The notes under the pieces were generated by a model. The model saw only the letters and a program-made list of their open reading frames with translations. It was not told where the DNA came from and made no database searches. From Camelus ferus (lineage: Eukaryota), in NCBI RefSeq assembly GCF_009834535.1, contig NC_045696.1, forward strand, positions 93,994,001 to 94,058,000: DNA of 64,000 nucleotides, read 5' to 3'. The translations under genes were made by a program, and so were the position numbers. Each line of letters begins with the position of its first letter. Position 1 is the first letter of the stretch. Of the stretch, positions 37,701 through 51,050 are shown in pieces.

Positions 37701-38650
37701 GAGCTAATAGACATATGGGTCTACTGATATTTCCAATCTGAAAGAGATTTTTTCACTGGAATTAAAAAAATATACTACAGAGTTTTCACTTAATTTCTTT
37801 GATTTTATTTTCTATTCTAATAAAACTTTGATTGTTAATGATATTAGCATAATTTCTTACTTGCTTTTCCTATTATGCGTATTTATTCCCAAAATAGAAA
37901 TATTATTAGTATATGTATGTTTTATTGTTATTTTGGAATAATTATATTTTATAATGATTCTGTTATTTTTTCATGGAAGTGGTATTATCTTGTATTCATC
38001 TCAGAATGTTACACTTCATATAAAGTTTTCTTTCTTTTGTTCTATTAACTGTCACTTTATCAGATGCTATTTATTCTACTTTTTTGGGGGTGTCTCAGTT
38101 TGGTAGTGTTGATTTTCCTTAAAAACAATTGCTTATTTCTGTATTTGAGATTTCTTTTTACCCTGGTGAGTGCACATGTGGTACTGCTTACTTCAGCCTA
38201 TCTTGAGTAATTATGGGATAGAGGCAGGGCATGATATGCCAGGAGCTAGAAAGATTTCCCTTTTCCTCCTGGGTCTTGGTAGCCACCTGGGTTCCTGCCA
38301 ATTCATCCTGAGCACCTCCATGCCCTGTCACAGCCTGTGTTCTATAGCCCATTGTCCCATGACTGGCACAGCAAGGAGGAGAAATGAAGGTTAGGGTGGT
38401 ATGTAGCAAGCTAACTGGCTGCCACGTCAGCAGTCTTGCAGTCAATTGCTCTGATCATTGTCCCAGAGCTAGCTTCCAATTGTGAAGTTTGGCCCAACTC
38501 TTAAGCTTTCCTACTTCATCTGCAGCAGGTCTCTGTTGCCTCTTTTGGGTTGTGCTTTTGCATTTCAATTCAATCATATCTACCTTCCGTCTTCCAGAAA
38601 CTTAGTATCTCTGGTCCTCCTTTGGGAATAGTTTTTCCATTAGAAATTTT
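34780..38650 (-). mobile_element. Nested old L1 fragments (L1ME, L1MC1-type 3' end at ~35440-36090, L1MC4/5-type 3' UTR at ~36350-37900)
   Basis: TTTTTAGAGCAGTTTTAGGTTTACA...TTTGCCTTTTCCAGAACGTCATATAGTTGGAATCATACAGTATGTAGCC; GATGCTCCAGACTTATCT...GAACCTTGGTTCTTTTTGGTGAG. Confidence 0.7.
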
Positions 38651-39039
38651 AAAAGCATGTTAAACTTTACCATATGACATGTATTTAAATACATATGTTA
38701 TCTCTTGGAAACATATGCTATCGTATTAAATATATAATATACTCTCATAAGGAAATCTATAATAAGTTATTACATGGAAAATTTAAACATATATTCAACA
38801 ATGATAAAATTGTGGTAATCCTGTTTCACACTGTAGCCCAACTTTTTTTTCTGGATTACTTTACATCAAGTTGTATGCAGTTCAGCTTTTTGTCTAAATA
38901 TACCCTATTTAGGCCATACAATGAGGTTCTCAGTTACCTTAATTTATTCTCTTTTCCACAGGACTCAAACATGAGTCCAGAGGCAGTTGGGCTATGATCC
39001 TCCTTGACAAAGATACTTTCATCTAGGGTCCACACACAA

Positions 39040-39810
39040 ATTTCTATTGCTACACAACAAATTACCACAAGTTTAGTAAATTAAAACACCACTCATTTAT
39101 TATCTCACGGTTCTGTGTATCAGAAGTCCAGGCAGTCTTGACCAATCCTTTGCCTAAGTCTCACAGGGCTGAAACAAAGTGTCACCCAGACTGGGCTCTT
39201 ATCTGGAAGATCTGAGGAAGCTCAGAGGAAGAATCCATTTCGAAGATCATTCAGGTTACTGGCAGAACTTAGTTCCTTGTGACTAAGATCTGCATTTCCT
39301 TGGTGGCTGTCAGGTAGGGCTCACTCTCACACCTAGGGGGTCTCTCTCCAGACCTTGAACATAGGTCCTTTCCATCTTCACAGCATCAACGGTGCTTCAA
39401 ATCCTTCTTATGCTTTAAATTCTCTGACTTCTTCTACCATCAATCAGACAAATTCTCTGTTTTTGAAGAGTTTGTGTGATTAGATCAGTCCCACAAAGAT
39501 AACCTTGATTTTGTTATTATTATTATTTTTATTGAAGTATAGTCAGTTACAATGTGTCAGTTTCTGCTGTACAGCATAATGTCCCAGTCATACATATATA
39601 TGTGTATATACATACAGATATACACATATAATTGTTTTCATATTCTTAACCTTGGTTTTGATTTATTCAAAATCAACTGATTAGTAACTTTAAATAATTC
39701 TGGAAATCTCTTTGTCACATAAGATAACAAATCACAGATGTGCTAGTTCATATTCATAGATCGGAGTACTAGAGCAGAACTTCAGGAATAATTTTAGTCA
39801 TGTCCACCAC
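39040..39810 (-). mobile_element. MaLR LTR (MLT1E/F-like) interrupted by a short L1 3' end
   Basis: TTTCTATTGCTACACAACAAATTACCACAAGTTTAG...CATTTATTATCTCACGGTTCTG...ATTCAGGTTACTGGCAGAACTTAGTTCCTTG. Confidence 0.75.
39514..39646 (-). mobile_element. Short young L1 3'-end insertion
   Basis: TTTATTGAAGTATAGTCAGTTACAATGTGTCAG...; 14-bp TSD TAACCTTG(A/G)TTTTG at 39500-39513 and 39647-39660. Confidence 0.88.
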
Positions 39811-42512
39811 AGTCCTGCTCATTTCTACTTTTCTTTGCCTTCTTTAACAATGACTTAGCTTTCAAAAATCTCTGGAAAAATAGGCTTCTGGTGGATCCTT
39901 CCCTCTGGCTTGAAAATTTGTCCATATGTATCAGAACTTCCAATTATCCTGTAGCTAAGACATATACTTCCTGTATAAAAAGCTAAGTACATTTTCAAAA
40001 GAGCTTTTGAGTGTTAATATGATTCTCTCACTTGGAGGAATTAAATTTTCCTCCATAAAAGTGTTTAGCTCTTTTTATAATATTACTTTTGAGGAGAAGA
40101 CTATCATTGAAACATATATATTCAAATAATTACTGAGAGTCTTGAAGTATGCACAGAAAAGCATTTTCTAAATCCTTTCTTTTCAAAATGCCAACAGTTC
40201 TTGATAAATGAAAGGTCATGTTAATTCTTTTGGCATTTAAATCAGCACATTTACCATGATTAATTGACGTGGCATTTAATACATGACTGTACTTGTGTTC
40301 TACTGTTACTATATGGAAATACTGATTTGAACCCAGAAGAATATTAAACAATTATTAATTGATTCTGATTGTGCTAATCCCTGCAATTAAGTCTCTATTA
40401 GTTTAGTGAAATGAAATAACAACTTTGCTTTTATAAAATGTAACCCACTTTGCATTTTAGCTTATGCTTATGAAAAATAAATGTTCAGAAACAGTCTTGT
40501 GATACAGATGTAATAATAACAGTAACCATTTTCAGTGCAAAAGTTATATGACCATCTGTGTCCAAAAGACAAATTTTTTAAAAATATGGTTTTATTTTCA
40601 AGGAGGAAAAATTGCAGAAACTTAACTTTTAGCTCTTTGCTCTCTCCAAATGGTTTAAACTAATTTAGAAAATGGGAATTCTCTTGTCTACTTAGCTTCC
40701 TCTCCTTTATATTAGTGAGAATAAAGGAGGTGAGTCTGTGGAATAGAATGCAAGTTTTGGATCTCCTTGTAGCATTTAATTTCCCCACTGGTGCCTTGCT
40801 CATCCCAGGAATGGGAACATGGGGCTTTGTAATTTTATCATTATGGTGAATATTTCCTGACTTCACTCAACATTCATGGGCTGTTCCTTTCATAATAGCC
40901 TTTAAATTTCCTTTAGGGAATTCCCTCACACCCTTTGCTAGTACCTTAATCTTCCCCTAGGCATCAGATGCTCTCGTCCAGGATTTATTTATTCTGAGTA
41001 CCAACACCCTCAAGAAACAGTTTATTAACTATTGCTACTACAGCCCTGGAGCTTTCCAGGTAGTTGTCCTTCCCAAAGCCTTGTTCTACAGCTTTTCCTT
41101 TAAGTCTTTCACCTATCCTTATAGACTTTCAGTATATTTCCTTTTTTCCCCCCTTCAAGTTAGCAAGAGTTACTTTTCTTTGCAGCCAAAGAAACCTACT
41201 TGATACATTCACTTAATTGTATAGAAGTTAAATTCAATTCCGTATCTGCTAGAGTTATCCTATGTTTTTCATGTTACTATCCTCAAAGGCCCCAACGTGC
41301 TAAGGCAGTAAGAATTCAGTTGTGCTTTACCGAGACTTTTCCCCTTGATGTTTTAAAGTGATCAGTAGCTCAAATACTAACACAAAAGGACTATTCAATA
41401 AATTTTCTTTCTGTGCTGCCGAAATCCAAAACACTAGGTTTGAACAACAACAACAGAAGGACATAGAGATCGATTCTACATTTTTTTTTTGATACATTGC
41501 CCATGTTTGGAGGGAATATTATTAAACCATTTGGCACGTTAAGGACTAGTATAGCATTTGAAAGTAATAGCTACTTGTCCAGTAGCCCAGGGCATACCAG
41601 TTCTAGAAAGCATGTTGGCAAAGGGGACAGGCACTTGTTGCCTCCTTCCAGAATCCCCTGATGTCATATTTCTTTCTGCTGGGTTTCCCCTGATTGCCAT
41701 TGTCCATTCTAGTCATTTCCAGTATCCCCAATTAATTTTGACCAATATGCAGTAAAAGAAAAATGTAATGGAATTTTTACAGATGTTAAATATAGACTAT
41801 CAAAATGATCATCTCATCTACTAAATGTAATAATCAAGAAATCAGATTGGATAAAAGATAAAAGAGTAAACGAATTAAGACTGAAGATGTAAAGCTAAAG
41901 CAGAAATAACAATATTGAATCAACAGCCGTTACGAGAGCCTACTGTGGGGAGAGTTCTTTAAAGCTATAGTTATCGACTGACATCAGCAGAGGAAGTGGA
42001 GTGGAAAGCACGGTGGGAGAGTGTGCAAGGCTGATGCGGCCCAGGAAGGATAAGACAGGAAAAAGTGATGTGAAGTCCCAGGTGGATATCAAGACTTGGA
42101 AAGTTAGGTTTGTTTCTCATGTTTTAAAGATAATTTTTGAAGCAACTTGGAAAAATCTTTAGTGAACTGGGCTTTGATGTTGTTGTTTATGTTTTTCTTA
42201 TAAAATCTAAGCTGTCTATCAAATATTAAATGATATGTTTCTGTTATATTGGCTCCATGCTGTTCCCATTACTTTGGAGTATTTATAGAATTAAGATATA
42301 AATGTGATTATTAAAACCAAGGCAGATTTTTGGCTCTTAAGCAGAGCATAATGAAAACACGACTTAAAAGCAATTTATCAAACTTATAGATCAAGTACTT
42401 TCTTCCACGAACTCTCAAATATAAGGTAGTTAAAGTTTCTTGGAATTCTGGCCACATCTAATTGAGTATGTTCCTTTTTACAGTATATGTGTTGATCAGA
42501 AGGTATAGCATA

Positions 42513-43262
42513 GGTGTGGAGAAAAGGGAACCCACTGCTGATGGGAATGTAGTTTGGTGCAGCCATTATGGAAAACAGTATGGAGAGTCCTCAAAAAAAC
42601 TAAAAATAGACTTACCATATGATCCAGCAATCCAGCAATCCCACTCCTGAGCATATATCCAGAGGGAACTCTAATTTAAAAAGATACATGCACTCCAGTG
42701 TTCATAACAGCACTATCTACAATAGCCAAAGACATGGAAGCAACCTAAATGTCCATCAGTAGATGACTGGATAAAGAAGTTCTGTGGTATATTTATGCAA
42801 TGGAATACTACTCAGCTATAAAAAAGAATAAAATAATGCCATTTGCAGCAACATGGATGGACCTAGGAAATCATCATTCTAAGTGAAGTAAACCAGAAAG
42901 AGAAAGAAAAATACCATATGATATCACTCATATGTGGAATCTTAAAAAAAAAGGACACTATGAACTCATCTACAAAACAGAAACAGACTCGCAGACGTAA
43001 TAAACAATCTTACGGTTACCAGGGAAAGGGGGTGGGAAGGAATAAATTTGGGAGTTTGAGACTTACAGAAGTTAGCCACAATATATAAATATAGGTTTAA
43101 AAAGTTTCTTCTGTATAGCACAGGGAACTATGTTCAATATCCTGTAATAAACTTTAATGAAAATGAATATATGTGTATATGCATGACTGGGACATTGCAC
43201 TGTACACCAGAAATTGACACACTGTAACTGACCATACTTCAATAAAATAAAAATTTTTTTAA
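42513..43262 (+). mobile_element. 5'-truncated young L1 (ORF2 C-terminus + 3' UTR)
   Basis: GGTGTGGAGAAAAGGGAACCC...TTTGGTGCAGCCATTATGGAAAACAG...LKIDLPYDPAI...; AATAAA and A tail; degenerate TSD AAGGTATAGCATA / AAGGAGTAGCATA. Confidence 0.92.
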
Positions 43263-44539
43263 AAAGGAGTAGCATAAAAGAAAACAAAAACACAAATTAG
43301 AACATGAAAGACCTAAATCCTACTGTTGGCATCAACTTGTATAAGTCAAGAAGCACCAAAACTGCAAAAGTAAAATACTTGATTCATTTCTCTGATCCTC
43401 AATTCTTACTTTTTATTTACCAGTAATACTCTCTTACTAGTAACCTGCAGACATTCGCTAATTTTAGCCTCATATACAAGGACAGGAATTCTTAGGCCCA
43501 AACAGAAAAAGAGAGCAGGTCCTTGTGCCCAGCACCTGGCCCAGAACCTGCCCTACCATGTGGTCTCAGGAAAGGACTATAGGATGATTGACCATTGCCT
43601 GAATGACTTGATCCCTGTGTCTGAGGGCCTGCCTTACAAACTGGGTGGCACTCAATTTCTTCTCCTGTGTCCTGGCTTTTTTCTTGTCGTTTCGTTCATT
43701 TCTGGGCCTTTGAGCTCTGCCCCTGAAGTTCAGTCAATGGCTGGGACTCTGCTAATTCCTAAAAGAGTATTTTTTGGAGTCAAGAATGGCTTCCCATCTG
43801 GTAGCAGCCTGGTACCAGTGGGCACACCCAGTTCTTGTCTTAACCCAAACAGTCTCCTCTTTGCAATATGGTTAACTCTTCCAAATGTGGTGGCTGTGTC
43901 ATAAGAAAACATATAACAATACGTGTATTTTTAGATCTGTGGTGTTTGCCCATGTATCTGCTGTACAGTTGGACCATAAATGGGCAACTTAGGCCAGCAC
44001 AATCATCTGGAGGCTATGACATAAGTACAGTGGGGCTGCAATTTATTGGCTCTGAGTTTTCCCAGCATGACCTCAAACTATTACTTAGTCTTTATAAAAG
44101 CAAACAGACTGTTGGCTGCCTGCAGGTTCAAATACAGATGCCTGAAGGAGTGACATAAAATACACAGCAGATTAACTGTCTAGAGGGACTACATGTGGAA
44201 TCTGAAACCATCAAAATATCCCAAAATAACTTCTCTGGAAGTGATGTTTCTGTGTCAGCTAATCTACTTGTCTGACCGGCCATTGTAATAAACTGCACAG
44301 GGCCATGAAAATGCTTTTGCCATATTTCATTTGAATTTAAAATTTATTAAATATAAATGGTTTGATGCTACATGTTATTCTTTTATAATCTGCTTATTTC
44401 TCTTCACATTATGTGTTAAACATTTAGTTATTTTGATATATGTGGCTTTAGTTCATTTAAACTGCTGCATACTAGGCAATTACATGAATATACTATAATG
44501 TACATCCATTCTCCCACTGAGCTGTGAGCATGAGAATAA

Positions 44540-45010
44540 TTATTGCTTTACACCACTGGCTGTTGAGTGGTTTGTTATGCAGCTTTATTATAGCAATAGC
44601 TAACTAATATACAGGGTACGTACACCAATTTTATTAGATACTGACAAATTGCTTCTCCAAGTGATTTGGGGAGGTTATTCAAGTGGACCCAATCTAATCA
44701 CACAAATTTTTAAATCACAGAAGCTTTCCCATCTGTGGTCAGAGAGAAATGTGATGACTGGGAAAAAGGTTAGAGTTGCTGGCTTTAAAATAGAAGAGGG
44801 AGACCAAGAGCTAAGGAATGATGAGCAGTATGTAGGAGCTGAAACAGATTCTTCTTTACAGCCTCTAGAAAGGAAGGGACCTGCTGACATCTTGGTTTCA
44901 GCCCAATGAGAAATGTGTCAGACATACAGAACTGTAAGATAATAAATCTGTGTTGTTTAAGCCACTAAATTTGTGGAAATTTGTTATAGCAATCGTGGAA
45001 AACTAACACA
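44540..45010 (+). mobile_element. MaLR LTR pieces (MLT1C/D-like)
   Basis: GTGGTTTGTTATGCAGCT...AACTAATATA; GTGGACCCAATCTAATCACA...CTGCTGACATCTTGGTTTCAGCCC...AAGCCACTAAATTTGTGGAAATTTGTTATAGCAA. Confidence 0.75.
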
Positions 45011-45059
45011 CCAATTATAAAATATATCTAAAGTAGGAATTTGGTATCACTTTAATCAA

Positions 45060-47760
45060 GTAATTTAAATTCTATTTTATCTCTTCCCTTTTTAGTTATA
45101 ACTCTTTTCTTATTAATATTTTTTCTAGAAATTACAATTATGTATTTTTAACATAGTCTACCTTGAACTAATACTACACCACTTCACACATGATGTAAGA
45201 ATCTACATTCATTTACCACTCCCTCTTTTTTGTTTTTATTTATCACCTATTATACTTCCACATGTTACATACCCAACAATGCAGTCTTATCACTTTTACT
45301 TTAAATAATTATTTTGAATAAAATTAAAAAAGAAAAAGTATAGTATTTTTGAATTTGCCTGTATATTTATCATTTCCACTTTTCCCCCGTAAATCCAAGT
45401 TTCCATGTAATATCATTTCCCTTCAAATTGAAGAATTTCATTAAGTGTTTCTTATGGAATGGATCTACTGGCAAAAATTCTTTCAGCCTTCATTTGTCTT
45501 TATTTGAAAGTGTCTCTATTTCGCTTTGATTTTTAACAGATACTTTTTATGGATATGAGATTTTAGCAGTTCTTTTCCAGCACTTTAAAGATGTTATTTC
45601 ATTTTCTTCCAGTTGCCAATCTTTCTTATAAAAATTCAGCCTTTATACTTATCGTTGTTCCTCTCCATGCACTCTGACTTTCTTTCTCTACCTACTTTTA
45701 AAACTTTATCTTTTGGCAAGTTGACAATGATTTTTTTTTTTTTTTTTAAGCTGTCTGTGGAAAGTTTGCTACACGGGCTTCCACTACCTAAACCAAGTGT
45801 CCACCCTGAAGTATGGACATTGTTGTGGTCTCTGTTTTCTTAAGAAGGGATTTCGCTGAAATTTATTTTATTAGACAACAACAAAAAAACATGAATAGTT
45901 CAATGTTCTAATTACTTCAATTGGGACTTAAATTTTCTCCATGTAAATTATCTGTCTCTCTTTCCCAGAAATTATAATAGTCTTTAACAAAACAGAGTAA
46001 GCTTTATCCTTTTAACATAGAATTAATATATTCTTCTGCCAGTCTCTCAGTTGTGTCCAGATAGCATGAGTTGTATTTCATCATCACTTAGAAAAGTGGG
46101 GGATATCTCCTTAAATGGTTCGGAGGGTTTTGTTGATGTGAAAAATTTTAGAATGATTATTTCGTAAATTATTTAAAAGACTCTCATAGTGAGTATTATG
46201 AGAGGTTGTAGGAAAGTGATAGTGAAATTTGTCTTCATTTATTTTAATCTCCAAAAATCTCTAAATTTTGTATTAAAATATAAAATGGGAATTCCTCTTT
46301 TCATAGAATTGTTACTAAACTATCAAAACTGAAAATAATTGCTGATTTGTATCACTCCCTTTGGATACATACCAAGTGCCCATGTAGGAATGGGGCTGTT
46401 TGGCAAGACTCTATTTCACTGCTCTATTTTTCTGTCTTTATAATAGGTGTGTCCGGGTATGGATTTACTTTTATCTATTCTACTCAAGAGTCACTGTGCA
46501 TATTATATGTGAGGATCACATTTTTCTGCAAGTCAGGAAAATTATCAGCATTGTATTTATAGCTGTTGCTTCTTATTGATTTTCACTATTCTTCATGTCT
46601 GGAACTCTGATTAGTCTAATGTTGGAGCATTTCAGTCTATCCTCAAGGATTCTTAAACATTTTTAAAAAACATTAAAAAAAAAAACCTCTTTATGTCTTT
46701 GTATAGGTTCTGGCTCAATGCTTCTGTACTCTCTTCCAATTTATTAATACTCTCTTTGGTTATGATTGATACATGTATTGATTTTCTAATAATAATAATT
46801 AAAATTTAATTTCTAGAATTTCTAAATACTGTTTCTCCTCCAATTCATATCCTCTCCTCCTTTTCTTCTTCCCTACTGCTTTTTCAGAATCTCTACTTTC
46901 CTTGATGCATAGCTACTTGTTTTGTTGTACAGTTTTTATTTTGGCTTTTTGGGGGGATGTTATTCCTTCTTAAAATTTTTTGAGTACTTTAAGGACATTT
47001 ATTCTATTTTTCTAAAATACTTCTTTATTTTTGCATTTACTTGGAATTGGCTCTTATCATTTACTGAGTGGTCTTAAATTATTTTGGTTATTTTAATTTT
47101 TATTATTAAAAAATTTTTATTATCTTTATGTGCTCTAGAATTTTAGTTTGCAAGTTCATCTTGTGTAGAAATTTCTTGTGTCTCTCTCTCCACTTGCCCC
47201 GCTTCTCACCATCTTCCCACTTCTTGGTGTCTGGTAGCTTTACAATTGCTTCCACTGGTCTCAGGAGGATCCTCCATTTTTTTTAAAAAAAGCCTTATAT
47301 TGGTAGATCAGGACTTTTGTTTGAAGAGATATTGCAGATCAATTTCTGGGCAGAAGTAATTTAGCCCACCTCTTTTTGCTCCTTTCTGGCCACTTTAAGC
47401 AATGACTCACTACCTTTACAGAGGTAACAACACTGGCTTTAGTTAATGAATGGGGAACTCCTCATGGCAGGACAATCAGGCTTGACACAGTAGGTCTGTC
47501 TGCCCTCTTTCCCCACAATGACTAGGGACTTCCAGCCCAGCTACCATGGTAGAGGTAAAAATTCTCTACCTGTTTTAGAGCTCAGAGCCACTGCTTACAA
47601 CCTTGTACTTTTCTTGTATTTTTTCCCTTCCTGTGGAGCCATTTATGAGGATGACTGTGCTTTCATATTTTCTTGGATGGTATCTTTGCTATTTGGGGGT
47701 GGAGATAAGAGGTGAAGGGTGGTCTTCCAGGAAATCACACACCATATTGACTAGAAGTTC
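45060..47760 (-). mobile_element. Old L1M/L1ME ORF1-region fragments separated by an unassigned segment (~45750-46410)
   Basis: GATCTACTGGCAAAAATTCTTTCAGC, CAGCACTTTAAAGATGTT, TCTGGAACTCTGATTAG L1 antisense motifs. Confidence 0.55.
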
Positions 47761-48326
47761 AGATTTGTGTTTTAGAAGGATATGTCTGGAATGAGTATGT
47801 AGTGGATTAGAGGGCACTGAGGCTTGAGTCATGAGTTTTGTTCTGAACGATTCCAGGAAAAGAGATAAAAAGAGTGGTCAGTGACAGAAATAATAGAGGA
47901 AAGAGAAATAAACCACAGAGAGCTGAAAACATTCAAATAAAGATGGAGCAGTGGTTCTCAACAGGGCTACACTACTCTCTAGGGAGTGTTATGGAAAGTG
48001 GTGGCAGTATTCTTGGTTGTCACAGGTATGGGGGAGAGTCTCTGATATTTAGTACCAGGTAGAAGCAGATCATGGTTAATGTCCTAGAATATGCAGAATG
48101 GTCTTGTACTTCAAAAGACTATTCTATGTCTTGAATGACTTTCAAATATCCCAAACAGACATTCATGTGGTTGAAACATCTATTTAAAATTATATAATTC
48201 ACATATTGTTTTATTCCACAAAGATTTATTATACACCAAATTTCTCAAGAGTACAACCACCATGTTAATCCAGTAAAGACTCTGTTTTGTTTGGATCTTT
48301 GTTTCATATATGGCATTTTATATTTT

Positions 48327-48351
48327 GTGTGTGTGTGTGTGTGTGTGTGTG
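48327..48351. repeat. (TG)n microsatellite
   Basis: Direct observation of ~12 TG units. Confidence 0.95.
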
Positions 48352-49001
48352 GCACAATAATATATATTTTGAAAATTACAAAATGGAATTAGTTATTGTT
48401 TTTGAGCTGCCTGTTATTTTTCAACATTACTCTCTGATAGTGTCCCCAGAGGTCTAGCATACTAATTCTCTTGAGTCTTTTATATTAAGTACCTTTTACA
48501 AAACCATGCTGTATTCCTCATTACCTATCAAAAGCCATTATTTCTAAAGTCTTCACAAATTCTGAGATCAAATGTATACTTAACATGTGGAGATATTTCA
48601 GGAGAGGTAGTTTTGTGCTACTCCACCCTGTCATAACAAAAGTGTTATTTTAATGCTACATTTATAAATATGGTTTAGCTCATTTGTGAGATTATCTTAC
48701 TCATTCTTTCCACTTTGACAATGTGTAATTAATTTTGGCATTTATCCCTACTTCATCCAATGTTATTTTCTTCTCTCCTTTATATTGTACAAACAATTCT
48801 GGTCTATTATTACTTATCTTAGTAGGTTTTACTCTAGTGATATTCATGACATTGCTCTTTTTTCCCTCCAACTACTCTATGGAGTTGGCTTCCGATTTTC
48901 TAACTTTTCTTAACTCTAAATGTTATTATTATAAGTAGATGCAAACATCTGGCTACTTCAATATGTCTTCTATTGTAGTGATGCTCAAGAATTTACACAT
49001 T

Positions 49002-49582
49002 GAAAAGACACCTGCACCCCAATGTTCATAGCAGCACTATTTACAATAGCCAAGACATGGAAACAGCCTAAATGTCCACTGACAGATGACTGGATAAAGA
49101 AGATGTGGTATATTTATACAATGGAATACTATTCAGCCATAATGACAACATAACGCCATTTACAGCAACATGGATGTCCCTGGAGAATGTCATTCTAAAT
49201 GAAGTAAGCCAGAAAGAGAAAGAAAAATACTGTAAGAGATCGCTCATACATGGAATCTTAAAAAAAAAAAAAAAGGAACATAAATACAAAACAGAAACAG
49301 ACTCATAGACATAGAATACAAACTTGTGGTTTCCAAGAGGGAGAGGGGTTGGAAGGGACAAACTGGGAGTTCAAAATTTGTAGATACTGACAGGCATATG
49401 TAGAACAGATAAATAAGATTATACTGTATAGCACAGGGAAATAGACACAAGATTTTGTGGTAGCTCACAGCGAAAAAGAATGAGACAATGAATATATGTA
49501 TGATCATGTATAACTGAAAATTTGTGCTCCACACTGGAAATTGACACAACATTGTAAACTGACAATAACTCAACAACAAAAA
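49002..49582 (+). mobile_element. 5'-truncated young L1, same 3' UTR subfamily as the 1138-4211 element
   Basis: Shares AACATAACGCCATTT, CCCTGGAGAATGTCATTC, CAAGAT(C/T)TTGTGGTAGCTCA and GACACAACATTGTAAA with the reverse complement of 1158-1715. Confidence 0.92.
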
Positions 49583-49667
49583 TATATATATATGATTTCA
49601 TTATGATTTAGTTCCTTTCATTTCATTTCATATTGCAGGTAGGATATTATACTGCTTAATTTGATAT

Positions 49668-50064
49668 TGATATAGACTGAATTGTGTCCCAATAAAATTC
49701 ATATGTTGAAGTCTTAACCCCTGGTACGAACTCCAATGTAACTTTATTTGGAGATAAGTTCTTTAAAGAGGTAATTAAGGTTAAATGATATCAGAAAGGT
49801 GGGGCTCTAATTTAATAGGACTGATACTTTTACAAGAAGAGGAAGAGACACCAGGGATGTGCACACACAGAGAAGAGGCCACATGAGGCCACAGCAAGAA
49901 GGCAGTCATCTGCAAGCCAAGGAGAGAGGTCTCAGGAGAAACCAAGTCTGCTAACACCTTGATCTCAGATTTCAAGCCTCCAGAACTGTGAGAAAATAAG
50001 TCTCTGTTGTTTAAGCCACCCAGGCTGTGGTGTTTTGTTAAGGTAGCTCCAGCAAACTAATATA
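49668..50064 (+). mobile_element. MaLR solo LTR (MLT1B-like)
   Basis: TGATATAGACTGAATTGTGTCCC...AAATTCATATGTTGAAGTC...GCAAGCCAAGGAGAGAGG...AAGCCACCCAGGCTGTGGTGTTTTGTT...AAACTAATATA. Confidence 0.88.
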
Positions 50065-50169
50065 AATATTATATATGTAGGCAGGTGAACTTGTCTGTGA
50101 TTACCTCCTTCAGATTAGTTAAGAGGATATTATAAAATATTTGTTATAAAGGGGTTTGGCAGAGTTATA

Positions 50170-51050
50170 GAGTGCTCACAAATAGCCACATGCTCCCCCC
50201 TATTTTCTGCTCCCCATGCAGCTAGGTGGGGTCAGTTCTGACTTATGGATTGTGAGCAGAAACGACTTGCGTTACTTCTGGGCTGAGCCATAGGTGAGTC
50301 AGGGTGTTACCTTCCAGCTCCACCTCTTTACCACTGGGAGCAACCAGCAGGGCTCTGTGTTTAGCTGGTGGAGCACAAGGAGCTAGATCTCAGTGACAGC
50401 TGCTCCTGAGAGTTGTGAAACTCACAGTGGATATTGTGAAATGAGAAATACTCCTTTCTCAGGTTCCCAAGGTTAACTGGTTAAGACAGCATAACTTATT
50501 GTTACCCCAGCCATATAAAATTTGGTATTGTAAGAAGGATGCTGCCTTCTAAACCGAACATATGCGTCATTGGCTGTACTCTCAAGCAGTAGGTGGCAAG
50601 GACATTTTTACTGGAGAGTGGGAAGATGGTGATCTATATTATGCAGTGTTAAAACCATCATCTTGGATAATATAGCAGGAAGGCTGGCAAGTCTGAGTAA
50701 GTGATTGGAAAACACAACATTAATTGTGTGCTGGGTGCTATTGGTTTCACTCAGCAAGGTATTATAAAAAGAGATGAGCTGAGTAAAGCATTCTCGTAAA
50801 CAGAGGGAGTCTGTGGTCTTGCATTATTGGAAAAGCCAACTGCTTTGAGATCCTAACTGTAAGAGACAGTTAAACAAGGCATTCAGAAATAAATGTCTTA
50901 AAAAATCTCTCAGGTAACTAAACAGCCTCAGGGAAAAATTAGATTAAGAGTATTAAGAGTAATCTTCCCACTTTAGCCCAGGAACTTTAAGGTAGCAGTC
51001 ACTAAGTTAAAAGCAAACAGACACACTGAAAAAACTGAATTGTGGGAGAA
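50170..51050 (+). mobile_element. Old MLT1 LTR followed by MaLR internal sequence
   Basis: TGTGAGCAGAAACGACTTGCGTTACTTCTGGGCTGAG LTR text, then AAATTTGGTATTGTAAGAAGGATGCTGCC, resembling the MLT-int start. Confidence 0.55.

Larger units (their letters stand above)
47948..50150. mobile_element. Degenerate hAT-Charlie-type element interrupted by L1 and MLT1B insertions
   Basis: CAGTGGTTCTCAAC terminal motif at 47949, MER20-like internal text (TTGGTTGTCACA...AATGTCCT...GCAGAATGGTC); extent uncertain. Confidence 0.45.

Noticed and set aside
45732..46420. PolyT-headed unique segment between L1 fragments as a processed pseudogene
   Set aside because: No polyA signal at the expected distance, no TSD, no ORF; the flanking L1 pieces may be separate elements.
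1141..49582. Inverted pair of similar L1 3' ends (1141-1715 and 49002-49582) as termini of a large mobile element
   Set aside because: Each is an independent retrotransposed copy with its own tail; opposite orientation is incidental.
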